Below, piece by piece: positions 37,623 through 46,527 of a stretch of 64,000 nucleotides of DNA. The stretch spans positions 310,001 through 374,000 of the forward strand of contig CAZERA010000001.1 of the NCBI GenBank assembly GCA_964514565.1. The letters run 5' to 3'. Every line of letters starts with the position of its first letter. Within the stretch, counting starts at the first letter, position 1. Position numbers and translations under genes: made by a program. The notes under the pieces were generated by a model, which saw nothing but the letters and a program-made list of their open reading frames with translations, was not told where the DNA came from and searched no databases. Origin of the DNA: an uncultured Candidatus Peribacteria bacterium. Its GTDB lineage: Bacteria; Patescibacteriota; Gracilibacteria; RBG-16-42-10.

Positions 37623-38484
37623 AGGTATTGTGCCACTGAGAGGGGAGATACGTAGCTAAGCTGTGTTTTTCGTATTCGTCCTTCTCGAGGGCAAAGGTTA
37701 AGATTTCTGGATCAAACTTTAGCAAGAGACAGATCTCTTGTAAAAACTGTCTACATATCCCACACATCTCACAGCAATGAGTGAGGTGCTTGGTGGACAT
37801 CAAACCAATGTGCGTGATGGGAGAATTGCTGGACATGAGTGCAATAATCACTGCCGCCATCTCAGCATGCACATTGGCTCGATGATCAAAGCTGCTGTAC
37901 TGACCGCTGAAGTAATATTTACCATCTGCGGTGATCACACAGCAGCCGTAGCCACTCGCTTCATCTTTGGTGAGAAACGTGCGTGCTAAGCCTTTCCGGG
38001 CATTGTTTCTTAATACATCGACAATGTCTTGATTTCCTACCTCACCGAAGTTTGGTTCGATTGTGGCTACTTGAGTCCGTTTCAGTGGTTTTGTAATCGG
38101 TTGATAATAGGGAAATATCTGGCTGATATCTTCACTTAAAAAACGTTGATTTCCCTCCACATCGAGTACACTGTACTCAAGTGGTACACCAGTCCTCCTC
38201 ACATGATCTACTAGTATCTTTAGTACCTGGGGAGAAGCTACTTCTTCACTGGGGAGGGATTCATACATAGTGGCAATATGTTGAATACCAAAGTCATTTT
38301 GAGCCGTCGCTAATAAAAGCACAGCTAACTCACTTGGTATGTGGAGAATATGATTGAATGATTCTACACAGCCAGCTTGATACACTTGTCCACTGCTACT
38401 GATTGCCATACTGGCTGATCGAGGATGGTCTGTTTTTGTCACTCGGGCTAGATCAAGGGCAGCATGTAAATCAGGAAAGCGCAT
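37609..38484 (-). CDS. Tandem cytidine-deaminase-fold protein
   Basis: C-terminal VHAEMAA..CEMCGICRQ..YLP; N-terminal degenerate copy (HIPSELAV..SPQVLK). Confidence 0.85.
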   Translation of the reverse strand: MRFPDLHAALDLARVTKTDHPRSASMAISSSGQVYQAGCVESFNHILHIPSELAVLLLATAQNDFGIQHIATMYESLPSEEVASPQVLKILVDHVRRTGVPLEYSVLDVEGNQRFLSEDISQIFPYYQPITKPLKRTQVATIEPNFGEVGNQDIVDVLRNNARKGLARTFLTKDEASGYGCCVITADGKYYFSGQYSSFDHRANVHAEMAAVIIALMSSNSPITHIGLMSTKHLTHCCEMCGICRQFLQEICLLLKFDPEILTFALEKDEYEKHSLATYLPSQWHNTYERK

Positions 38485-38489
38485 GGAGT

Positions 38490-39386
38490 CTAATAAATAT
38501 CTTTGTTACTACGTAGCTTGCTAACCATCAGTCCACCCGCCGTCCAATCATAACGCAATACTTTGTTGATCAAATCATGGAGCAGGTGAATTTTGTCACG
38601 TTCTAGGCGAATGTACATTTTTTCTGATTGTTTACTAGAAAGGCGCATGGTCGGCCAAAAAGAGACTGGGAATGCATAATAAGGGAGCAGGTCTCCTTCG
38701 ATTGGTTCGATCACAATCACCGTGATTGGTTTCTGTAAAATCTCCATCGCATAATCAACACGGTGGCTGCCATCACAGATCACATAAAAATCAAATCTTC
38801 CGGTATGTTGTAAGCCATAATTGATGATCGAGGCATGTGAGTGAAATATGTCGAGATGATCTACTTTGCTTACTTCATCGATATAATAACCTTCTAAATA
38901 ACGATTGCCTAAGTTGTGTAGCTGTCCTCGAGCATCACGAATATAGCAGCCATGAAATCGTCTGCTTAAGTCAGCTAAATCCAGGTAGCCTTGTTTAAGA
39001 TTGTAAGTGTGTTTTTCCACAATGGGGGGCAACACATGAAAGTCCCCGCGTTCTGGCCAATGATACTTTACAGCGCATTGGAGATCATTGATTTGGAGAT
39101 TGTTTTTACGTAAAAAACTATCTACCTCAGCCATGATATCTAACTGATTTTGGTAGATAGTTGGTTGGCTGGTGAAAAGATTGAAAGATTTTTTATTGGG
39201 CAAAACCACTTGAGGAGGAGCTCCAACAGAAGTAGGAGGAAAGATCTGAGCAAGGGAATATTTGACTGCACCATAAGGATGGATCGGCCCTCCACGCACA
39301 TTATAGACACCAGCAAAAACTATTTTTTGCAGTGACTGATAGAGGCTGGCAAGTGAGATCTCTTTTATGATGGAAATATTGCTCAT
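38490..39386 (-). CDS. ParB/sulfiredoxin-fold-like protein
   Basis: LPPIVE..VICDGSHRV (DGxHR). Confidence 0.55.
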   Translation of the reverse strand: MSNISIIKEISLASLYQSLQKIVFAGVYNVRGGPIHPYGAVKYSLAQIFPPTSVGAPPQVVLPNKKSFNLFTSQPTIYQNQLDIMAEVDSFLRKNNLQINDLQCAVKYHWPERGDFHVLPPIVEKHTYNLKQGYLDLADLSRRFHGCYIRDARGQLHNLGNRYLEGYYIDEVSKVDHLDIFHSHASIINYGLQHTGRFDFYVICDGSHRVDYAMEILQKPITVIVIEPIEGDLLPYYAFPVSFWPTMRLSSKQSEKMYIRLERDKIHLLHDLINKVLRYDWTAGGLMVSKLRSNKDIY

Positions 39387-39401
39387 AGTGCTGAAATAAA
39401 A

Positions 39402-39959
39402 TTAACAGCTAACAGCACCATTGAATAAACAGTCCCAATTGGCAGCAGTGCCATTGAGCTTGATTTGGTACGTAGTGATAGTGGGGAATTGTAAGATTGT
39501 TTGTTTCATTTGTTCTTGAATGCGAGGATTGTCACACACACCACCGATCATGATTGTGCCCGAAAGATCGATGTCAGCATGTGTACCAGTAATGGTGACG
39601 CTATTTACGGTGAAGTTGTTTTGATAAAGAGCTGTAGTCAGACCAGACATGCCATAAGCCCTCGTGTGCACACTCATTAGTTCCTCAATCGCAGTCTTGA
39701 GAGGTGTTGTGGTACTAACACTGCGGTTGACCATCTCAATTTCGTCTCCACAACCAAACGTGGTTGCACTAGGAGTACCGATCTCATTTACTAGAGCAAT
39801 TTGTACTGTAGTAGTGGTGGCAGCAGTAGCACTTGGTGTGGGAGCTACTGTCATGCTGACAGGGGACGAGCTAGGTGTTGCTGTAGTCATGGGAGCAATA
39901 GTGACATTACAGCCAGTCAGTAGTAGTCCGGCGCTGATGATAGTGAGAAGTTTTTTCAT
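39402..39959 (-). CDS. Lipoprotein with a GerMN-like domain
   Basis: Lipobox LLTGC, Thr/Pro linker, GCGD..GGVCD-x-PRI..QM-x-x-T-x-LQF. Confidence 0.75.
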   Translation of the reverse strand: MKKLLTIISAGLLLTGCNVTIAPMTTATPSSSPVSMTVAPTPSATAATTTTVQIALVNEIGTPSATTFGCGDEIEMVNRSVSTTTPLKTAIEELMSVHTRAYGMSGLTTALYQNNFTVNSVTITGTHADIDLSGTIMIGGVCDNPRIQEQMKQTILQFPTITTYQIKLNGTAANWDCLFNGAVSC

Positions 39960-40029
39960 GATTTTTTAGAGCTAAAGCTGCTGGTATTGTGGTGGTAGTG
40001 CGGCTAAAAAGCAAGATATAAATTGGAGC

Positions 40030-40692
40030 TCAACTCCACTTCAGCCTCTCACTATCGGGTATTCGTTTCTCCAAGAAACTAGTAATACGTGCTGGCACGA
40101 TACGATTATTAAACGTTTTTATGACTTGATCGCGTTGTCTAGCTATTGCTGCACGGTAAAGTGGTGCTATTCTCGCATTTCTTAACCAGCCATCAATGCC
40201 AGAACATAAAACAAATGCCGGTATGGTGTTAGTGAAAGCTTTATCTATATACCACTTGGGTAGTTGATTAGTTGATTCAGGAAATGCCTCGTCACAATCA
40301 TTACCAGAAAATAGTCGAGACTCGCCTACATTTTGGATAATGCTAGTCAGTACATCAATTGGCAGTAAAACATCCAATCTGCCATTACTGTCAGTAGGTA
40401 ATAATACGCGACTCAGACTTGCACGTATTTGGTTTCGTTCTTCTTCAGTAAAACGTTGGATCTCGGTATAGGTAGAGATGGGAAAATCTCCTTCTGTCAT
40501 TAATGCAGCTAAATTCTCATCTGCTTCACTCCCCCTTGTGCATCGTGATTGGAAATCAATTGTATCCATAGCTATAAAACTACGGATAAAATCGCGACAA
40601 TCACTTGATGAAAAGTCTACATGTGCCGGTGTGCTCTGCTCTGACGTTACTTTACTTTTCCAATCTAGAAAATGGCGAGAAGGTGTACTCAC
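40030..40692 (-). CDS. Hypothetical protein, paralog of 41548-42282
   Basis: Shared PAH-x-x-F, FP..ER-x-x-IR..VLLP..LPI blocks. Confidence 0.7.
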   Translation of the reverse strand: MSTPSRHFLDWKSKVTSEQSTPAHVDFSSSDCRDFIRSFIAMDTIDFQSRCTRGSEADENLAALMTEGDFPISTYTEIQRFTEEERNQIRASLSRVLLPTDSNGRLDVLLPIDVLTSIIQNVGESRLFSGNDCDEAFPESTNQLPKWYIDKAFTNTIPAFVLCSGIDGWLRNARIAPLYRAAIARQRDQVIKTFNNRIVPARITSFLEKRIPDSERLKWS

Positions 40693-40750
40693 AAAAAATA
40701 GTTAGGAGAATAATCTATGCTGCCCAAGTCACAAAATCAACCAATTATAT

Positions 40751-41542
40751 GTGCATACCTATTTACTGTTTCTTATTTCAATATTTGCTACATTGGTGGT
40801 GATCCTATCTTTGATAATCTCTAGTATGCTTATGCCTGGTTCCAAGTTTTCTTATTGGTTAAAAGGGCTCATGATAGTTGATATGGTTGGTTTAATTGTT
40901 GCTGCTATTTGGTTTGTCCATATCCAACAATTCTTAACAACAGCAGTTAAGACCACTGGTCATATTAGTGCCATAGTGACTGAAGTCGATGGGGAGGGGG
41001 ATCTGACCTATACTCCAGAAATTGAGTTTCAAGATCAGCATGGGAAAATTTATCGATTTCGTACAATTGTCAGCGGCAACGAACATGAGCGGCAAGTGGG
41101 CGAGCAGGTACCTGTGGTTTATGATCCCCAAAATGCGACCAATGCTAGTGTTGATACCTTAGTAGAGCTGTACCTTGGTGTATTTGCTTTATCGTTAGTG
41201 TCTCTAGTACTACTTCTTGCTGGCTTGATTGCTGGATGGCTACTCAATAAAGAAGAAAAACGAAAGTTAGATTTGGTCAATAATGGCCAAAGGATTACTG
41301 CCAGTATTGTGGATATTCTTCACCTGACTTCTATTAAGCGTCGCGGGCAGTCTCCTTGGATGGTAATAGCTACTTGGACCAACCCTCTAGATAGTAAAAA
41401 GTATGATTTTTCCAGTGAGTCAGTATGGTTTGATCCAAAGCAGTATTTAGGAGCAGGGAGAGTGAATGTTTACATTGATCCAAGTAATCCTGACCAATAT
41501 TTCATGGAAATTCCTCAGCCATTTGATGGAGAAGGTAACTAG
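40751..41542 (+). CDS. DUF3592-like membrane protein
   Basis: TM helices; Y-x-P-x-IEF-x-D-x-x-G..G-x-x-V-x-V-x-YDP-x-N; second VYIDP-x-NP-x-x-Y module. Confidence 0.75.
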   Translation: MHTYLLFLISIFATLVVILSLIISSMLMPGSKFSYWLKGLMIVDMVGLIVAAIWFVHIQQFLTTAVKTTGHISAIVTEVDGEGDLTYTPEIEFQDQHGKIYRFRTIVSGNEHERQVGEQVPVVYDPQNATNASVDTLVELYLGVFALSLVSLVLLLAGLIAGWLLNKEEKRKLDLVNNGQRITASIVDILHLTSIKRRGQSPWMVIATWTNPLDSKKYDFSSESVWFDPKQYLGAGRVNVYIDPSNPDQYFMEIPQPFDGEGN

Positions 41543-41547
41543 ACTGT

Positions 41548-42282
41548 TTAGTTAGTTCCAAATGTTCTTTGTCCTTTTCCTTTAGCTTTAGCCGGCTCAG
41601 CTACTCGTTGTGTTTTGTTCCAAGTTGCAATAAATACTTCGCGATGTTCACCCAAAGCTTGTTTGAATCTTTTTAAAAGTTCAGGTGTATTTAGAATAGT
41701 AGTGAGCTCTAGGCAGAGGGTGTATACAGTACTAAAATCACTGATATCAGTGTCTAGTATCCATTCTAAATAATTTTCTATAATACTTGGTTGGAAAAGA
41801 TACTTGCTTGCTACGTCCATCAATAATTGTGGGAAAAGATCATTGTTATTGGCAGCTTCTATGATCTCCAACAAGATTTGAATTGGAAGATAATCTGCTA
41901 AAACATTTTCGCTATTGATTGGAAGTAATACTGAGCGAATGTCCTGTCGAATTGCCGTACGCTCAGTAGTAGTCAATGTACAAATCGCTTCATATGCTTC
42001 AAGCGGAAAGTTGTCCATTACTTTATTGGCACTAGCCTCAATACTGAGGTCATCTTCCTGGCAGCTATCATCTGTTTCTAAGGCTTGTACTTGGGTCGGC
42101 TTCCCATCTGCGGTGTAGATCTTTACGCCATGCTCTTCGTCAAAAGTGGTACTTGCAATCAACGTATGCAAAAAAGCGCGAGCGTCTTCAGTCCTAAAGT
42201 AAATATGAGCAGGCTGTCCTGTTTTCCTCTCGGCCAACCGTTGTCTCCAAACAAAATGATCTGTGGTTGCAATACCGTCCAT
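41548..42282 (-). CDS. Hypothetical protein, paralog of 40030-40692
   Basis: See paralog blocks. Confidence 0.7.
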   Translation of the reverse strand: MDGIATTDHFVWRQRLAERKTGQPAHIYFRTEDARAFLHTLIASTTFDEEHGVKIYTADGKPTQVQALETDDSCQEDDLSIEASANKVMDNFPLEAYEAICTLTTTERTAIRQDIRSVLLPINSENVLADYLPIQILLEIIEAANNNDLFPQLLMDVASKYLFQPSIIENYLEWILDTDISDFSTVYTLCLELTTILNTPELLKRFKQALGEHREVFIATWNKTQRVAEPAKAKGKGQRTFGTN

Positions 42283-42455
42283 AAAATTATCTGAGAGAGC
42301 ATGCTAGCGATGTTTGGAATAGGAATCAATCTGCTGCACTTTTACAGAGCGGCTATCTTGAGTATACTAATCTCCATTAATTGTTATTGTGGCCATTTAT
42401 CAATCACCTAAACTGACTTTAGCAAGACCAAGATTTAGTGAAGTAGCTGGCCTCA

Positions 42456-43475
42456 TTGGTAGAGAAAGTGACCAATTTGGTAAAGGCTCAGTTGTGCTAC
42501 CGCGCTTTTGCTAGAGGTGTTTTGCTTACCCAGAGTCCTGCTGATCAGGCTCGCTGGGATACAGTTGCTGAATTTATTGATGATGATGTGCGCACCATAC
42601 TTATTGCTAGAAGTATTCGTAGAGCGGTAGAGAGTTTATTGAGCAATGGCAGAGAGGAACTACATGTAATAGAAGCCGGTTTTGGTACCGGTTTTTTGGC
42701 AGCCGTGGCGCTTGCTACTGATAGTAAAGTGAAGCTTATTGGCTATGATCTCCAGGAAGCTAAAGTATCTGTTGCTCAAGAAGTCTGTGGCCAATTAGGT
42801 TTTGAATCATCACGATTTAGCTTTAATCGAAAAGTAATTTCGCCAGACCTGCCTGCTCAAGAGCATGCAGATGTTTTGGTAGTGGCGGAACATATCAGTG
42901 CTGGTTTGATGCATGAACTCACCACGGATATTCCTAGAAGTATAATTGTTGATCCAAAGCTTTGCATACCCTATGCCGTGCATCCTCAGCTTTTTGTCAG
43001 TATTCCTGGTGGTGCTAGTGTGTTGTCTGGGGAAGAGATTGTACTTGGTAGCACGCAATCAGGTGATCATGTGAGGATAGCCGGAAATATTATGTTGCCT
43101 CCCAATCATCGAGTGCCTCTTTCAGTGGCCAATGGAGTGACCTGGAGTGGTCTTTCATTGCCGGGATTACCAGCGGTGCAACAAAGAGATACTCGCCAAA
43201 GCAGAGTAGATGGCAAGCGAAATCATTTACTGCGCTCGACTTGTCTGCATGCTAGTGTTGATAAAACTATTAATGCATTTTGGTGGATCGCCAATGATAG
43301 CGCTGCTGCTGTTGAAGTTTCGGTCAATGTCGAGTATCCAGTGGGTTTTCTAGCAAATCAAAAAGGTGAACCACAAGTAACTTTAACTGGTTCATCAGAG
43401 GCAAGAGTATACAAAGCTCCAATTGAAGTACATCGTTTTGACGAGTATTTAGCTGGGATGAGGCGGGGAGAATAA
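42456..43475 (+). CDS. SAM-dependent methyltransferase with a PRMT/COG4076-like motif order
   Basis: D-x-x-RT, VIEAGFGTGFLA, GYD, ADVLVVAEHISAGLMHE, CIP; start uncertain. Confidence 0.7.
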   Translation: MVEKVTNLVKAQLCYRAFARGVLLTQSPADQARWDTVAEFIDDDVRTILIARSIRRAVESLLSNGREELHVIEAGFGTGFLAAVALATDSKVKLIGYDLQEAKVSVAQEVCGQLGFESSRFSFNRKVISPDLPAQEHADVLVVAEHISAGLMHELTTDIPRSIIVDPKLCIPYAVHPQLFVSIPGGASVLSGEEIVLGSTQSGDHVRIAGNIMLPPNHRVPLSVANGVTWSGLSLPGLPAVQQRDTRQSRVDGKRNHLLRSTCLHASVDKTINAFWWIANDSAAAVEVSVNVEYPVGFLANQKGEPQVTLTGSSEARVYKAPIEVHRFDEYLAGMRRGE

Positions 43476-43478
43476 TAC

Positions 43479-44123
43479 TTAGCGTCCGTTTTGGGCGTAG
43501 GTAGTTCTTACTATTTCCATTGTAGCCATGTACCGCTGCAGAGCCATATGGGTGAAGCTGCAATGACCTTCTCGGGCGCCAGGTCCACATTCCATTCCTG
43601 GTCTTCTGCACTCAGCATTAATTAGGGCTTGGCACGTAGCATCATGAATTGGCAAGCAAGCTTGTAATTTCTGGGTTAGCTCAGCCCAATCAGTGGGTAG
43701 ACTAGCTGGCAAAGCATGGTCGCTCGCAATGAGTGAAGGTACTCTTCTTAGTGTTTGATATCCCGGACATTGGGAATTTACTATTGTGGATGCATAAAGT
43801 GATCTAGTCGCATCTACTTGGTCTCTCATCCTAATGAGCTCAGCAATAGAGAATCTACAAGTAGCCATTAATTGGCCTTCTGTTGTTTGGGTGTGGTGTT
43901 GAATCAGGCTATCAAAATCATTGGCCATATTGGCTAGTTCAAATAGTCTATCCGATGCTGTTGAGCAACTGATCTGAGTTGGTTGTTGAGGTGATTGCAC
44001 TAGTGGAACATCAACGAGTGTTGTAATAGGGTGAGTCAAATTGGTGTCAGCAATATTTCTGTTGTCGCTCTGACAAGCTTCCAAGGTAAGTGCAAGTGCT
44101 GCTGTGCTAAAAAGATTCTTCAT
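43479..44123 (-). CDS. Cys-rich hypothetical lipoprotein
   Basis: Lipobox-like LTLEAC; eight further Cys. Confidence 0.6.
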   Translation of the reverse strand: MKNLFSTAALALTLEACQSDNRNIADTNLTHPITTLVDVPLVQSPQQPTQISCSTASDRLFELANMANDFDSLIQHHTQTTEGQLMATCRFSIAELIRMRDQVDATRSLYASTIVNSQCPGYQTLRRVPSLIASDHALPASLPTDWAELTQKLQACLPIHDATCQALINAECRRPGMECGPGAREGHCSFTHMALQRYMATMEIVRTTYAQNGR

Positions 44124-44277
44124 AGACCAGTTTTTATAAGGTTAGAATTCAATATAGCGAAGCTGAATATTAAGACAAGTATATAAATAAATTGTTTAAT
44201 AAAAGATCTGTTTACGTAGTCTCTTGTTATTAAAATTTTAATAACTTAGGCTGCGGTTTAGCTAATTGTTTTAATTT

Positions 44278-45174
44278 ATGGAACAGGCAATTTTAGATTT
44301 CTACCGATCGTTTAGTGCATATACTTTTCCTGGTGCTTATCAAAAAGAATTACAAAAGACATTACCTGACAATATTCGTGAGTTGGGCTTGCTAGTCAGG
44401 AAAAGCCTAATTCATCGCTCTACACTAGCAGATGGTAATGTCGGAACCAATGCTGATTTGCGTTTTGGGGATATGACCCAGATGCCTTGGTATCGTCAGC
44501 CAGAGGATGATCTTTTCCCTACTGCAGGGGCAATGCTTATTGAGCTCTATCGCAGAGATCCTCGTGGGATTGTTGGTGATCGAAAAGTAGAAGGCAAAGT
44601 CATTCTCACTTGTCGGTATACTGCTATTTTGATGGCTAGTATTCTCAAATCAAAAGGGATACCTGCTCGGGTGCGAGCAGGACATGCGAGTTATTTTGCG
44701 TTTGAGAAAAGTATGGATATGAGTGCTGATCATTGGATCAATCAGTATTGGGATGAGCAGCAGCAGCGCTGGATCACTATTGATGTGGATGGTAGTTTGA
44801 GCTTAGTAGACGACTTTGATCCCTATGATTTACCTGCAGGTAAATTTGATTTTCCCGCTGTTGCATGGGGACTGCTTAGGGCTGGAAAAGTAGATCCGTT
44901 GCGTTTTTGGAATGGTAAACCGGAACGTGGTCAGTTGGTGCTACTTTGGTCGCTCTTCTATGATTTTCATTGTTTGATGAATAGCGAGATTTTGTATACC
45001 CATGGTCCCAAATGGGGGAATGCTCAGAACTTTTCTATGCTAACTCCCAAGCAATTTGCCCAGATTGATCATTTGGCAATGTTGATGAGCGATCCAGACC
45101 AACATTTTGCATCCCTACAAAAGATCTGGGAAAGCGAACGAGAGTTTAGGGTTTTATATGGTAGCTTGCTGTAA
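44278..45174 (+). CDS. Transglutaminase-like domain protein
   Basis: TCR..GIPARVRAG-x-ASYF..DHW..W..D (Cys-His-Asp triad). Confidence 0.85.
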   Translation: MEQAILDFYRSFSAYTFPGAYQKELQKTLPDNIRELGLLVRKSLIHRSTLADGNVGTNADLRFGDMTQMPWYRQPEDDLFPTAGAMLIELYRRDPRGIVGDRKVEGKVILTCRYTAILMASILKSKGIPARVRAGHASYFAFEKSMDMSADHWINQYWDEQQQRWITIDVDGSLSLVDDFDPYDLPAGKFDFPAVAWGLLRAGKVDPLRFWNGKPERGQLVLLWSLFYDFHCLMNSEILYTHGPKWGNAQNFSMLTPKQFAQIDHLAMLMSDPDQHFASLQKIWESEREFRVLYGSLL

Positions 45175-45217
45175 GAGCTAGATTGATGGATACTCCTTGC
45201 TCAATTTAATTTAAGTT

Positions 45218-45550
45218 ATGCCACTATTAGTTGAAGTCTATGGTAATGAACAGTGGATTAAAGTTGGTAGACTATCTGATCAAGATGCACCTGGCAGCAT
45301 CAGGCATGCTGAGGCCAACGGAAATTCACTTGTGTATGCATTTTTATGCCGAGGGAATGATTCGTCTGCTTTATACAAAGGGTTTGATCAAGTAGCTGAA
45401 ATAGCATCAGGCCGAATTATTGATCTGACTCGCTTTGAATTAGTAAAAATCTTGTACGGAGTTGATACTCCATATGAAATTGAAGTAAAAACTGCAAGAA
45501 GTCCTGTGCCAAGGCGCGTGAGATTTACTCACCAGAGTTCACAGAATTAA
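45218..45550 (+). CDS. Hypothetical protein
   Basis: 110-aa ORF with an AT-rich pre-start. Confidence 0.55.
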   Translation: MPLLVEVYGNEQWIKVGRLSDQDAPGSIRHAEANGNSLVYAFLCRGNDSSALYKGFDQVAEIASGRIIDLTRFELVKILYGVDTPYEIEVKTARSPVPRRVRFTHQSSQN

Positions 45551-45555
45551 GCTCA

Positions 45556-46428
45556 TTATTTTAGTGATGTCGCCTCTAGTTTCTCAGCATGGGTATTCCA
45601 ATCTGAAGAACTACAAAGTAAAACGGCTTCTGGACTCAAGACAACACAACTAGTACCGCCGCCGTAGCGTCCCATCGCAATCACTACTTTGTTATCTTGT
45701 CCCACAATATCATCATGCTTGATTAGCAAAGAAGTATAACCGCAAGTTGATGAGACACAGCCTTGCCCACCATCAGTTCTGTAGATTACTTCAGCAATAT
45801 TTAGGAGGTTCAAGCTGCTATATTGCCCACTTGGTGTCCAAACTCGATCTAGACTAAATATTGAGCTGGCTAGTGTTTGCTTTGCGTCGAGTGAGGAATA
45901 CTCAGCTAGATATGTTTTAGCTTGATCAAACTGATTAGCATCTTTGATCTGGGAATACCAAATTACTAGAAATTTACCTTGATAGTAGCCACTGATACCA
46001 AAATTGTTGGTAAGCAATGCTAATGGATCATTGCTACAAGCAAATCCACCTTTTGTTGTACAAATTTGTTTGATATTTTTAGCACTGGCCTGGCTTTTCT
46101 TGATCGCATCTTGTAGAGAGATCTTTGTTTCACTTTTCCAATGCCATGTTTTATTGGCAATTTGGGTTGTGGGTACCGGCATATTTTCTAAAGCGAAATG
46201 ACTTCTTCTTTGATTTGCTTGATTAGTTAAATCATGCAGAACCAATACAGGGATGTTGGTATTTGTCTCCAATGTGGGTGTGGGAGACAGTGTCGCTACT
46301 TCTGCTATTTGACTAGGGATTGGTGCTAGAGGGTTTGCTGTTGGGACTGGTGTAGATAATGTCTGCATGCCCATGGCTGCAACTACTGCCAACCACAACG
46401 AGCCCAACTTGACGGTGAAATTTTCCAT
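45556..46428 (-). CDS. Secreted hypothetical protein
   Basis: Signal-like N-terminus, Pro/Thr linker, paired Cys. Confidence 0.65.
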   Translation of the reverse strand: MENFTVKLGSLWLAVVAAMGMQTLSTPVPTANPLAPIPSQIAEVATLSPTPTLETNTNIPVLVLHDLTNQANQRRSHFALENMPVPTTQIANKTWHWKSETKISLQDAIKKSQASAKNIKQICTTKGGFACSNDPLALLTNNFGISGYYQGKFLVIWYSQIKDANQFDQAKTYLAEYSSLDAKQTLASSIFSLDRVWTPSGQYSSLNLLNIAEVIYRTDGGQGCVSSTCGYTSLLIKHDDIVGQDNKVVIAMGRYGGGTSCVVLSPEAVLLCSSSDWNTHAEKLEATSLK

Positions 46429-46527
46429 AGCAGAATATTTACAAAATGGCTTTTATTCAAAAAAAGATGGTACTTATCTTCAAGAATCAAGGCAAAATTT
46501 ATGAGTAGGCAGAATGTCGGTGCTTTC

